Source: Vicugna vicugna (Eukaryota). From it: a stretch of 50,881 bases of DNA. Below, piece after piece: positions 12,741 to 24,823 of this stretch. How positions within the stretch are numbered: the stretch's first letter is position 1; every line of letters starts with the position of its first letter. The notes beneath the pieces are model-generated. The model made no database searches, was not told where the DNA came from, and saw nothing but the letters and a program-made list of their open reading frames with translations. A program made the position numbers and the translations under genes. Location: contig MU058012.1 in assembly GCA_013265495.1 (NCBI GenBank), forward strand, positions 1 through 50,881, read 5' to 3'.

Positions 12741-12992
12741 GTGTCAACACTGTTCATCCTGCTTGCCCAGCCACACTGCAGAGCAACCATCTAGAAGCCA
12801 GCTCTTCCCAATACCTCAACCGTGCCGGGCCCCACTCTCCTCCAAGGGGCACCGTAGACCCGAGCAGAATCCCGGAGCCTGGGTACCTGGGCAGTAGTGG
12901 CCAGTGGGACATGATGAGGCCTCAGAAAGGGAGCATATCTGGGGATCTATCCTCAGGATCATCCATGTACCAGCTTAACTCCAAACCCACAG
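12741..12992 (+). CDS. PDE4DIP: PDE4DIP exon
   Basis: VNTVHPACPATLQSNHLEASSS...GDLSSGSSMYQLNSKPT; ttctgcccag and gtaaag sites. Confidence 0.93.
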
Positions 12993-14269
12993 GTAAAGCA
13001 CAAAGCCGAGCAGATCAGTCTGTGAGACGAAATCTCATTCAGAATCCACTTCTTTCCTGCCTGGGCAGGGCTGCTTTCCCTTCTCCTCTAGGCCCTGGCT
13101 CACAGTGGGGATAAAATGAAAGCACCTCATCAGTACTTAGTCCTTTCTAAGTACATCCATCATCTTCCCGGCCCAGGACCTCGGTGCTCTGCAGGGGTTT
13201 GGGAAAGTCAGGGGCTACCTCTGTGCACTCACATTCATGTCCTTCTCTCTCCCTCCATCCTGATTCCCTTTCCGTCCTTCCACAATGCCAGACACCAACA
13301 TTCACAGAACATTCTTCCGTCAGTCAGGAGTTGTTACAGAAGCGAGGCTGTTTCTACACAGCTCCCATATGTATATCCTGTGTACAAACCCATTTAAACT
13401 CTCCCTCTCACTCCTAGCTCTCCCAGTCAGGGCCCAGAGACATCACACTAACTGGAGAGGTGGAGCTATACAGGTGAATGCTGGGATGCAGCCCAGTTCC
13501 AACAGGAAGAGCTGTAATTTTCAGAAAGAGGCTGGATTCAAAGCAAAATGAGGCAGTTGATGTAGTGTGTCATTGGCACCTTTCCCCCTGCTTTTTGTTG
13601 CATCTTTTAGCCTTCCTTGCGGGTGTTGATTCCTCCCCTATAGTCAGACTCCAGATCCCTATATCAGCCCAGGCTCCTTTATTCCTTCCATGTGCAAAGT
13701 GATGTAAGGGAAGCAGACTGTCAGTCACTAACCACACAGGATGAGTTTACATGATGTACTAACTTTTACCTTAGGCCTTCTCTCTACAGGTGCAGGAAGG
13801 GCTTTGTCCCTTGCTAAAGAATGTTTAGTCAAGAATCACTAAGAGGAAAGGTATTAGGGTAGAGTAAGGCCTTCTCTATAACACCCGAAGTCGCACTCAG
13901 GAAACAGCCACACCTTTCCGTGTGCTAGACTGATGTCCACAGCCTTCAGCTATTTTTCTAAACCATGTGAAACCCCTTACACTTACCAGTTAACCAAGTA
14001 ACTGTACACGTACCCTTACAACTCCGTTACACGTACCCCTGCATGGGAAGGGGCCTGTGGGGCTTGCCTAGCCCCAGGCTGTCCAGTTTTTTGAAGCCAA
14101 TTTACTGTTTAAACAGTCACCTGAGCTCATGGGTGCCTGTGAGAGAGGATGGTGATGTTTAGGGATCTTGCTGAGAGACCACTGGCTGAGCCCATCTCCC
14201 AAGTGGGCCCCACTAGTGACCAGGATTCTCCATCTCCCACCTCCTGCTGTCCTGGTGGGATGGCTGCAG

Positions 14270-14401
14270 GGGCTGACCTGCTGGAGGAGCATCTGGGTGA
14301 AATCCGGAACCTGCGCCAGCGCCTGGAGGAGTCCATCTGCATTAATGACCGCCTGAGGGAGCAGCTGGAACACAGGCTCAGCTCCACTGCCCGCGGAAGC
14401 G
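14270..14401 (+). CDS. PDE4DIP: PDE4DIP exon
   Basis: GADLLEEHLGEIRNLRQRLEESICINDRLREQLEHRLSSTARGS; gctgcag and gtagga sites. Confidence 0.94.
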
Positions 14402-15077
14402 GTAGGAGAGGCTCAGGTCTTCTACTTCTGGTCGTAACTAGGGAACTTCTGAAGGTCAGGCCTTAGGGGGAGTTTGCAGGTTTCAAAGCATGGTGGTTTG
14501 CTTTTCTCCACTTGCTCTTTACAATCAGTAAGGGGAGGGGACAAGTTCTATTCTCCTCACTTTGTAGATGTATCTGAGCTCAAAGAGTAACTTTCCTCAT
14601 GGAAGAACTAACCAGGTCTGATCCCAGGAATCCTCTGACTTCTCATCCCATCCTTAATCTGTTCATATGCTGCCTGCTGACTTCTCTGGGCCCTTGTCCT
14701 ATGACTGACAAGTGGTAGACCCAGGTCTGCCGGGTCCTGCCCCAGCCACTTACCAAGGCTGCCTTCCTCCACACACCCTCCTCCCAGGCTGCTGACACTC
14801 GGACACTGTCCGTTCCACACACCCTTCTCCTGCCACCACCCCAGCACCAGCTATTTAGGGCAAAGAGCCTCCTGAACAACTACGGCCAGGATATGGGATC
14901 ATGCATGCGAAGAACCCATCCAGAGGAGGCACAGGAAAATCAGGCATTTGGCCCACCAGGCTTTAGGCCCAGGACTCCAGTCCTCAGGGGTTTCTGCTGG
15001 GTTGGGACAGAACGGGCAGTTTTGAGAGCTTCTGTGACCCAAAGTTGTAACTTGTCTGCCTGCACTTTTCGGGACAG

Positions 15078-15197
15078 GATCCACCTCTAACTTCTACAGT
15101 CCAGGCCTGGAGTCCACACCTCAGCTCTACAGTGAGAACAGAGTCCTTAGGGAGGAAAACCGAAGCCTTCAGGCTCAGCTGAGTCATGTTTCCAGAG
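15078..15197 (+). CDS. PDE4DIP: PDE4DIP exon
   Basis: GSTSNFYSPGLESTPQLYSENRVLREENRSLQAQLSHVSR; gacag and gtgagt sites. Confidence 0.92.
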
Positions 15198-16164
15198 GTG
15201 AGTGATCAAAAGCCACAAAGTGTGGTCAGTCTCAGGCCATTTTCTTCCCTGGCCACACTGATCACCCACTGGAGCAGCCAAGAGAGAAAGTGGAGAGAAC
15301 AGAGCTACCCAGATCCACCAGCCCAAAACCTCCATAGCTATTCTCAGTCTAGAAAGGGCTACTTCCTGCCAGTTCCCAGCCTTGGGCCCTCAGCCTCCTA
15401 TGCTGCAGGGACAAGGAGCTCTAGGAAATCCACCACTCCTGTGCAGAGCTTCCTGCAGATATTCACAGTCATTAGCTACCAAACTGGATACCTGTGGGTA
15501 TCTGTTCTACCTGCCTGAAAATCACAGCTAGTTTGGAACCAGAAAAGGAAGGAACGTGAGAGCCTACACACCCTCTCAGGTTTCTCCAGACTTTGCTGCT
15601 GCTCTGAGTGCCCCTCCCAGTGCTGATCTGCTATCCCCACATCTCCTCACCATCTCCCCACCAACTCCCTATTCATACACTCTGGGTTCCTCCTTGGTCA
15701 CCAATCTTCATGATTATTTCTGGACGTGTTAGCAGAATGTCCTCCCGAGCTTTCCCAACACTATTCAGTGGGCATCCACGAGTGAGCATCACTTCCTGTG
15801 TGCAGCTGGAGGCAGTTGACCATAGTGTTACTTGACTGGATGCAATCGATATATTTTTAATTACAAATTATTTTTATTTACAAATATTTATTAAATAACC
15901 ATAACAGATAAAGAATAGTGGCTAAGAGGATTAAGCCCAGAATGAAAGAATGCTTGTGGAAAAGGAAAAAGACATCAAGAGATATTTCTGAATTAGCCTC
16001 TTCAGAGCAATAAGGTGTGAGAGGAAAGGTCGCTGCTTGGGAGGATAATGAACGTCATAGATAAGGGAGAAGGCAGAACTACTAAACTACCATTGCTGCC
16101 TGGAAAGACTCGCCCAGACTTACAGGTGAGAAGGTAGTAAGGTGTAAGTGAGCGCCATCTGCCA

Positions 16165-16440
16165 GGCCCAGGTGATTCCACCCCAGAGGACTGACAGCAC
16201 TGGAACCTTATTCTCAGAGTTCCTGTTGATAGTCTTTGAGAAATCATGATGATCAGAGAGAGGCTGCAAGCCCAGGAAAGGACAGATGTTCCCATTTTTG
16301 AAATGATGAAAATAATATATTCTAAAAACTTGAGTTAGCAAAACTCTAGAATAGATTATTGCACAGAAGGTATGTGAGCACTTAGAAAATAGCATTAGAA
16401 ACCAGAATGTCTTCTGTGAAACAAAGTAGGTCATATTAAA
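16165..16440 (+). mobile_element. L3/CR1 LINE fragment (pre-RT and RT start)
   Basis: tctttgagaaatcatg, gatgttcccatttttgaa, ctagaatagattatt and tgtgagcacttagaaa echo CR1 motifs FEKSW/VPIFKKG/LEQII/CEHLE. Confidence 0.55.
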
Positions 16441-16657
16441 TCAGAGGGTCAAGGGCATTGCAAAGATACCGGTTCCCCATTCCCCAGAGTGTGTGGATCC
16501 AGTGAGTAGACACTCGCATCGCCTCCCCTGGCAGGCTGCAGCATATGCTGGCCTTCCTTTTACCTTAGTTCTGTTTGTCAGGGTGGATGTGCTTGGGCTC
16601 ATCTTCCTGCTGACCTCTGGCCCCACAATATAAATGTTCCTGTGTTCTGCTCACCAG

Positions 16658-16847
16658 AGCGCTCCCAGGAAACAGAATGCCTGAGGGAGGCTCTGCTGAC
16701 CTCTCGATCTCGGCTTCAAGAGCTGGAAATGGAGCTGGAGCACCAAAAGGTGGGACGGCAGCAGCTTTTGGAAGACTTGAAGGAGAAGCAGCAGGAAATC
16801 TTGCATTTCCAGGAGGAACGACTGTCTCTCCATGAGAAAGACTCCAA
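16658..16847 (+). CDS. PDE4DIP: PDE4DIP exon, coiled coil
   Basis: ERSQETECLREALLTSRSRLQELEMELEHQK...LHEKDS; caccag and gtaaga sites. Confidence 0.94.
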
Positions 16848-17459
16848 GTAAGAGGAAGCCCACTCATAAAGAAGGTGGCTCCATCTTAAGATTTAGGAAA
16901 AAGGATATTGGCAAGACAGTTCATGGTCCTTTTTGGAAGCCTCAATTTCCTCTCTGCTATTCCAGATTTATGGGTGACTTTGAAAAGAAGGAAGGACTTC
17001 TCTGGGAATGCCTTTTTCATTGCAAAGTTGAGAGGGTAAAACCGTGTTATAGCGGCTTCAGCATATTAGACACTGGAGAAAGTACGTTCTACTGCTTCCA
17101 GTTAGTTTGAGGACATGAGTCTCATCGTGACCTGGGAAGCTTCTATACCAGCCATGACGCTAGTTCCCAGCACAGACCCTGTAACTGCTTGTCAGCGTGA
17201 AAAGAGCACTGTAGGGGCAGTGAGAATACCGGATGGCATGTCCTGGGTCCTGCAGCTAATGGCATGACTCCAAGCAGAGTTACTTTCCCTCTCTGAGCCT
17301 CTGTTGCTACATCTGTAAAATAAAAGTGATGGTCTTCATGACCTCTGACTTGATGTCTAGGGCTAAAACTCTGTGATGCAAAAGTTGGTTCACAGGCTCT
17401 TGCCCTGGTGTGGCCAAGGGGTCCCTAAGCTCAGCGGGCCCTTGCTTGTCTCCTGGCAG

Positions 17460-17584
17460 GCTGCAGCAGAAGCTGGCCCTCTTGCAGCAACAGTGTGAAG
17501 AGAAACAGCAGCTCTTCGAGTCCCTCCAGTCGGAGGTACAGATCTACGAGGCACTTTATGGCAGTTCCAGGAAGGGGCTGAAAG
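17460..17584 (+). CDS. PDE4DIP: PDE4DIP exon
   Basis: LQQKLALLQQQCEEKQQLFESLQSEVQIYEALYGSSRKGLK; tggcag and gtatgt sites. Confidence 0.94.
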
Positions 17585-18184
17585 GTATGTGTATCTGCCT
17601 CTTCCCCACCCTGTGAGCTGCCTGCTCTTGCTAAGGATCCTGGTGAAGTCTTTACCTTGGGAGTTGTGGAGATCTTGGAAACCTACAGAGGTCTGTCTCA
17701 GAAAAAACCTCACTCACTGAGGCTCCCAATAGGAAGGGAGGGGAGCTCTCACACACAAAGCCCAGGGGTTGGTGACATGAGCAAGATCCAGCCTTAATGT
17801 CCTTAAAAGTCGGCCACAGGCATCAAACTCACCCACCTAGATGGTCTCAGATAAGCGAATCAAACTCCAGATTATATAATGATTTTCATTTTTAACACAA
17901 CTGCCCTGGTGGTATCATCATTTGAAAACATCTTAAATGTTGTGAATTCTGACCACCCANNNNNNNNNNNNNNNNNNNNNNTCCCACCCTGCCTTTCCTC
18001 ACTGAGAAAATTAAAAGACTTTTTAAAAATTTCTGAAATACTACTAACAGGACCTATATTTTCAGCCTAGATTTAAATTTTAAACTCTTGTAGTGAGGAT
18101 TTTTGCTACCTGCTAGTATTTGAGAATCTTATTAACATTTCCCCATTCTTCTTCAAATGGGGAGGGCATTCTAAACACAATTAC

Positions 18185-18790
18185 TCCAAGTAGGCTAGAA
18201 CAGAGGGCTGATGTCAATGTGATGAAATCTAGCAAAGATTAAAAATACTCCTGACTTTGGTTAAAAATATCAGTGGTAGATATACAGGAAGGGGAGATCT
18301 TGCTCTGTAGCCACTGGTGGGCTTGAGGACGGGGGAGTTAGGTAGAAACACATTTACACAAGGAAGTTGTAGGCCAGAGTTGCTAGAAAAGCCAAGTTAA
18401 CCTGAGACCACAGTGGTACAGCTGTGCTGTCCACATGGAGAGACCATGTCAGAAATATTGTTAGATTGTGGGGTGCCATCTTGTAAAAGGGACATTGACA
18501 AACAAGGGAATGTAATGAAGACAGGGACCAAATATCTCAGACTGGTTGAAGAAACTAAAAAACTGTAGGCTTGGAAAAGATCATATGACTATGAGAACGG
18601 GCTTCAGATATTTGAAGAACTGTCAGGTGAAGAGGAGCTGATGTGTTGTTATCCCTTCAGAGGGCTGAACAAGGGCCAGAGGGTGAAGGGCAATGGAATT
18701 GGGATCTGCACAGTTAATGCTTTCCTTCCCACTAAAGCCTTCTAGTGATGGATTGGCTGTTTCGAAGCAGTCGGCTTCCTATCCAAGCCC
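18185..18790 (+). mobile_element. L3/CR1 LINE fragment (3' ORF2)
   Basis: aaaagggacattgacaaac, ggttgaagaaact, gcttggaaaaga and cttcagatatttgaagaactgtca. Confidence 0.6.
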
Positions 18791-18899
18791 CGTTTAAATA
18801 GAAAGAGATGATTTTTCAAGGATCCCGTTGAAAAAGTTCTTGCTTTGGATGGGATGCTGACTCCCTGAACTTTTCAACTCTTTGTTTGTTTGTTTGTTT

Positions 18900-19508
18900 N
18901 NNNNNNNNNNNNNNNNNNNNNNNNNNNNNNNNNNNNNNNNNNNNNNNNNNNNNNNNNNNNNNNNNNNNNNNNNNNNNNNNNNNNNNNNNNNNNNNNNNNN
19001 NNNNNNNNNNNNNNNNNNNNNNNNNNNNNNNNNNNNNNNNNNNNNNNNNNNNNNNNNNNNNNNNNNNNNNNNNNNNNNNNNNNNNNNNNNNNNNNNNNNN
19101 NNNNNNNNNNNNNNNNNNNNNNNNNNNNNNNNNNNNNNNNNNNNNNNNNNNNNNNNNNNNNNNNNNNNNNNNNNNNNNNNNNNNNNNNNNNNNNNNNNNN
19201 NNNNNNNNNNNNNNNNNNNNNNNNNNNNNNNNNNNNNNNNNNNNNNNNNNNNNNNNNNNNNNNNNNNNNNNNNNNNNNNNNNNNNNNNNNNNNNNNNNNN
19301 NNNNNNNNNNNNNNNNNNNNNNNNNNNNNNNNNNNNNNNNNNNNNNNNNNNNNNNNNNNNNNNNNNNNNNNNNNNNNNNNNNNNNNNNNNNNNNNNNNNN
19401 NNNNNNNNNNNNNNNNNNNNNNNNNNNNNNNNNNNNNNNNNNNNNNNNNNNNNNNNNNNNNNNNNNNNNNNNNNNNNNNNNNNNNNNNNNNNNNNNNNNN
19501 NNNNNNNN
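18900..19508. other. Assembly gap (others at 17960-17981, 31497-31643, 48253-48563, 48690-49580)
   Basis: Runs of N. Confidence 0.99.
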
Positions 19509-20428
19509 CCCTTATCCTTAACTCTATGACCCAATAAGAACTCTGAATTAAAATCTTTTTAATACACACATTTGGTGACAAATCCTAACTGAACTGATGA
19601 AAGAATATTCATAGTCTTCATTTATCTCATTTAGTGAGAATATTCGCATAGCTCATTACAGGACTATGAATGTGTTTGGAAAAACAAAAAAATTTAGTTT
19701 CTGGACCTATGGCCCAGATGCAACTGGGTGCATGTGTTAGATGGTATTTGCATCCTATTGCCTTGCTAAAAACCCAAACAAATTCCATCTTTTGAAAGAA
19801 CATTTGGCTTCATAGTTTTTAGATGAACAGTTGTGGTCTTGTAGAATATTTGTTTAATCTCTTCTTCCCCAGTACACAGAAACAGACTACGGGTGGTGAG
19901 TGGAGATAAAAAAACAAACAAACAAACAAGGAGAAATTGAGAAGTCCAATTAGTTATGATCCTTGGTCTGTGGTACCCCACTCCCATTCTTACCTGCTGC
20001 CCAAGACCCGAGGCCTTTCTCCTCCTCTCCCCTTTGACCCCTGAGTGTGGAAATCATCGACTCTCCTCCCTCAGCACCTTCCCTTCTCTAGTTCAGTACA
20101 CCTATCTTGGAAGACCCTGTTTCTAGCCTGCAGGACTAAGGTTAATAGAGAGGTAAAATAATAGGCTTGACTTCACCTGCCAATCAGATGCCCTCCAGGT
20201 GCACAAGGGTCATTTGAGCCTCAGGGAAACTCTAGACTGGAGTGTGCGCCATCTCAGTGTGTGCCAGGCCCCCCACTGGAAGAGGGACATCTCCATCACA
20301 GGTGTGTTGCCTGGGACCCTGAGACACTGTGGTCCTTGGCAGGAAGGAATGTCACAGAGAAGTGTTCTGACAGATGCTTGGAAATACCTGAATCAGTGCT
20401 ACCAGAGCCCTCCTCTCTCTCCTTACAG

Positions 20429-20653
20429 CTTACACTTGGGATGCTTGTCACCAAGTCCCTTTGAGCAGTGACTTGAGCCACCTGGTGGCAGAGATCCGAG
20501 CTTTGAGAGGGCAGCTGGAGAAGAGCATTCAGGTGAACAACTGTCTGCGAGTGCAGCTCGAGCAGCAGTTGGATGGAGGTGCCAGCAAAGCCGGCCTCAG
20601 CCCCTTCTTCCCTGTCAGCCCTGACCCTGGAAGCAAGCAGCCGCTCTTCCAAG
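20429..20653 (+). CDS. PDE4DIP: PDE4DIP exon
   Basis: AYTWDACHQVPLSSDLSHLVAEIRALRGQLEKSIQVNNCLRVQLEQQL...KQPLFQ; ccttacag and gtaggg sites. Confidence 0.93.
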
Positions 20654-20789
20654 GTAGGGAGGAAAAGGGGATCAGGAAGCCCTCAGCCAGTGGGGAGGTC
20701 CCCGGGATGTCTGTGGTGGAAGGCACAATCTTGCCTCTTCCATGCTCCTTAAGGTCGGGGTGAAATCAGAGATGCTTCAATACAGTGCC

Positions 20790-21010
20790 CGAGTGAGAGA
20801 GTGGGATTTAGGGTAAGATCTGGCTCCAGATTCTGAGTTTGCGATTTATAGGTGTTTGCCTGGAATTTAAACTCCTCAGGCTATTTAAGCCTTAGCTTCC
20901 TCATCTTTAAATGAAGATTATATTAATATATACTGTGCATGGCTATGTGGGGCATTAAATGAAATAATGTACAAGTGCCTGGCATAATAAGAAATGCTTA
21001 AGAATTAACA
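20790..21010 (+). mobile_element. MIR SINE
   Basis: agcttcctcatctttaaatgaagattata...cattaaatgaaataatgt...gtgcctggcataataag. Confidence 0.6.
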
Positions 21011-21034
21011 GCTACGTATGTTAATGTCTATTCC

Positions 21035-21245
21035 TTGTATTTGTGGAGTGCTTTAAATTTTACATGCTTTCAAATAATTTTTCAAATCATTTCATCACAG
21101 GTAGGGTAGGTTTTACTGTCTCTGTATTTCACATGAGAAAACTCAGGCACTGAGACATTAGCTGACATGTTAAGGTTGACAGGAGTTGAGAGACCAACCC
21201 AGGACTCAAAGCAGAACTTGTGGTTTCCAGTCTGTGCTCCCTCTG
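21035..21245 (-). mobile_element. MIR SINE
   Basis: tttcacatgagaaaactcaggcactgaga reverse core. Confidence 0.6.
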
Positions 21246-22649
21246 CCTCACCATGCCGTGTCTTGCTATTACTGGCCTTCCCAGACTCTCTGGCCTGGCT
21301 TCCTCTGCCTAACATGAGGGGAACTCAGCCATGTGGCAAAACGTTCCTGTCCCTGAGGAAACCCTGGCTGTAGGAAGGCAGTGGGAGGTGGTGGTGCTGT
21401 TCCAGGTATAGTCACCCACTTCTGCTGCCCTGCCCCCGGCTTGCCTCTCCAGATACAAATGTTTACACAGTTCTCTCCCGCTCTTCTCAGTATCATTCAT
21501 CAATCAGTCTCATGTCCTCTGGTTTTAATATGAGTGTCAATACCGCCCCAATGAATATTGACACATTCATTTCTACTTCCTCTTCTTTTTTCCTTTTGAT
21601 AGACCATTTAATTCACCATCTCCACTCACCACTATGGACATGTCCTCAATTTTATTCTAAATGGGAACCATTCTGCTCTGGATTATCTAAAGATGAGCTT
21701 TTACACTTTCATGCCTGGTTTACCCGTTTGTTTGTTTTTTTTTCTGGTTCTGCAAGATTCATGTATCAATGACCTTATCTGTCCAATGAAGGTGATTTCC
21801 CCCAATCATGTTGCTGTGGCCGTTAAATAAGAAAGCGTACGTGGACCACCAAGCAAAATGCCTGGCACATAAAAAATTTCTGGTTAAAATTAGGTGGATG
21901 CCTCACATACTCGGGCTGCCGTGCGGCTGTCATGCTCAGTTGTGTCTCCCTTTCATCCCTTTAACAAGGCTTTCCCCACTCACTGCCTCCCCACCACTTG
22001 AGCCAGGACTCTGCCCTGCTGGCTCAGTCACTCCTCCTCCTCCTTGTCCAGTGCAGAGGCCTGAGCCAGAAAGCAGGCTCTAGGCCACATTTGCCTGAGC
22101 AGAATCATTCCTGTCTCTTTGTGATATTTCCCAATTCCTCCCCTGCAGGATTGCTGCCTGGCCTCCAAGAGGGCGTCTCTAACTCACCAAGGCTTCTGTC
22201 GCCTGTTCTTCTCACACCACTGCATATTTCCCAGTCCCCACTCATCACAATGGTGGTTAGAGTGCTGAGTTTAATGGCCCATAAATCCATTCATTCTTTG
22301 ATCAAATATTTTTACCATATATACTGCATATATTTATGCATATTTATATTTAGTTTCAAAGCGCTGCACTGGACACTGCGTACAAAATTATATTCAAAAA
22401 CTGGGGTAAGAAAAGTATATCTAGTAATTTTTCAAACTAGAAGTTGCTCTGTGAATTATAGGAACCTCCTTTTGTTCCAAACTAAGTGATCTGCTTACTG
22501 TTGCTTTTAAACGTGGTACATGGGTGATGATTATGTAAGAGGGGGGTCCTCTTGCCTTACTGTCTGGTGGTGAAGACTAGGCTGTGCACGTGCTTGGGGA
22601 GCAGTGTGTTCCCAGGGTTCCTAAAGTTGTGGTTACCTTCACTCCCTAG

Positions 22650-22766
22650 ATTCAGTTGCCTCCCCTCCAGTTCGGGACGTGGGCATGAATTCTCCAGCTG
22701 TGGTCTTCCCCAGCTCTTCTTCCGCTGCTCCTGGCTCTGAGACCACAACTTTTAATAGGACAAATG
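22650..22766 (+). CDS. PDE4DIP: PDE4DIP exon
   Basis: DSVASPPVRDVGMNSPAVVFPSSSSAAPGSETTTFNRTN; ccctag and gtaaat sites; phase 1-1. Confidence 0.92.
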
Positions 22767-23311
22767 GTAAATAAGGCAACTACAGGACTCAGGGACTGAC
22801 GATGGAAAATTATTAGTGCGAGTAACCTTTGTTTCTCTGTATACGCATTATCTAAATTTAGAGATTTTTCTCTGCATGTCCCAAGGCCTTTAGCCCTGCT
22901 CATTGCACCTTCTGTGCTGCCTTTCTTCCTCGTGCTGTTTTCCGATTGCTCTGCTGTTGCCTCACTGCAGTCACCCACTTTTTGAAAGTGTTCTCTGGGT
23001 CCAGCTTCATTTCCTTATCTGTGTCTTCTCAACCCCGTAGTTAAAAATTTGTATGTATAATATATGTCCTGAATATTTCATTTGTCAATAAGGATAAAAT
23101 TTGCCTCCTGGCGATTTTATCATTATGAGAGGATATAAGAAAGATTATAAAAATGTAGAACCCAGAATATATAAGGATTTCACACCATGCTTGTACTTTC
23201 CAAGACTGTCTTATTTCTGCCCCCTTTCATTATTTGACTTCTCTTTTGTATTGAACTAAGGAATGATTATGAATAACAGTGCTTTTGTGCTGTTGTGGTT
23301 TGATTGTTCAG

Positions 23312-23538
23312 AGCTGGGTTCGGATGCTTCTCCTGGAATAAAGACCCCTCCCAAGTTGGAGGGTGATGCTACTGACGGCTCCTTTGCCAATAAGCATGGC
23401 CGCCACGTCATTGGCCACATTGATGACTACAGCGCCCTAAGACAGCAGATCGGGGAGGGCAGACTGCTGGTCAAGAAGATAGCATCTCTCACGAGATCAG
23501 CCTGCAACCTCCCTGGCCTTGAAGCTCCGGGCACAGAG
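23312..23538 (+). CDS. PDE4DIP: PDE4DIP exon
   Basis: ELGSDASPGIKTPPKLEGDATDGSFANKHGRHVIGHIDDYSALRQQIGEG...EAPGTE; gttcag and gtaatt sites. Confidence 0.95.
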
Positions 23539-24679
23539 GTAATTACATCGTTCCATTACAGACCTCTTTCTTGCATATTTTCCGTATGCCCTTCCTTCTT
23601 CTGATTTTAGCTCCTTCTGCTATTTTTTCCCCATGCTTCACATCTCCCAACAGCTGAGGATATATGTTCCATTTACACCCAGTTGGGCCTTTTGTCTTCA
23701 TCTGCTAATTTCACGATAAGCTCTGCTCTGTTCCAGATGTAGCTGACTTGGCATTTCCACTCAGAACCATAGAAAAGCCTGTGCAGCACTGCCGTCCTCA
23801 TCAGTAGAGCATTTTTAAAGTGTTGACATACACATGGGACTGTACTGAGCACCCTTTGGTAGCTTATTATCTGCTAAAGTCATGCTGGCACATGGCCATC
23901 CTTGGGCAGAAGAAAATCACTTAATCAGTTTGCTAGAAATTGAAAATTTGCGTCGATATGGGCTAAATGTGCGGAAGGAGTGAGGAACATGGCAGCCATG
24001 GAATTTCCTGGTTCAGACTGAGCCGGGGAGGAGAGCAGAAAGCAGATCTCAGAGCCCTTCACCAGGAGAGACCAGGCACCCCCAGCTGCGGTGCTGTCTG
24101 AGCCACTGGAGACGCATGGATGCTCAGGGAGAGGCCTGTGCCCAGGAGCCCCCTCACTAGGGAGGGAGCCCCACACCTGACTACATAAGCATAACAAGGG
24201 GCTCCAGGCACAATGTTAGAAGCTGCACTCTGGGTGTGAGGGCATGAACCCAGAATTGGGTGTTACTGGCACAGGGGATGCCACAGAGGATGTGTACGTT
24301 CTCCGGGGAAGAGGGCATGTCAGGTAAAGGGAGCAGCACCTCAATCCTTTGAGCTACAAATGGTTCAGCCCATTTGTAGCATGAGGTGTGAATTAGGGCA
24401 GGGCACAGTGCAAAAATTAGGGACCTTAAACTCCAGAGCATGTGCAGGACTAGGAGCTGAAGAGTATGGGGAAGGCTGGAATCAAATGAATTCTTGCAAG
24501 TGGGAGGGCCCTGCTGAGGTCAGAGATCCTGAGATTCAGGGTTAGAAAAGGGTTTCACAGGTTCAAGCAGGTCCCTGTCTGTGCCTCACTCACAAAGGAA
24601 GCTGGGGCCTGTGCTCACAGGAAAAAAAAGTGATTGCTCAGCCCCAGGGATGTCCATGGCTACCTCCCCCTTTTCCCAG

Positions 24680-24823
24680 GCAATGGGCAGCAAAGGCATC
24701 CAGGAGCTTCAGAGCAGCACCAATGCCCTGCATCACCAGCTGGAGGAGGCAGCTTCCCTCCTCACCATGTTCTGGCGAGCGGCCTTGCCAAGCCCCGATG
24801 GTTCTGCACTGCATGGAAAGTCG
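24680..24823 (+). CDS. PDE4DIP: PDE4DIP exon
   Basis: AMGSKGIQELQSSTNALHHQLEEAASLLTMFWRAALPSPDGSALHGKS; ttttcccag and gtaaga sites. Confidence 0.93.

Noticed and set aside
18794..19581. Long ORFs in several frames (also 31397-31748 and 48158-49690)
   Set aside because: Artefacts of N runs translated as X
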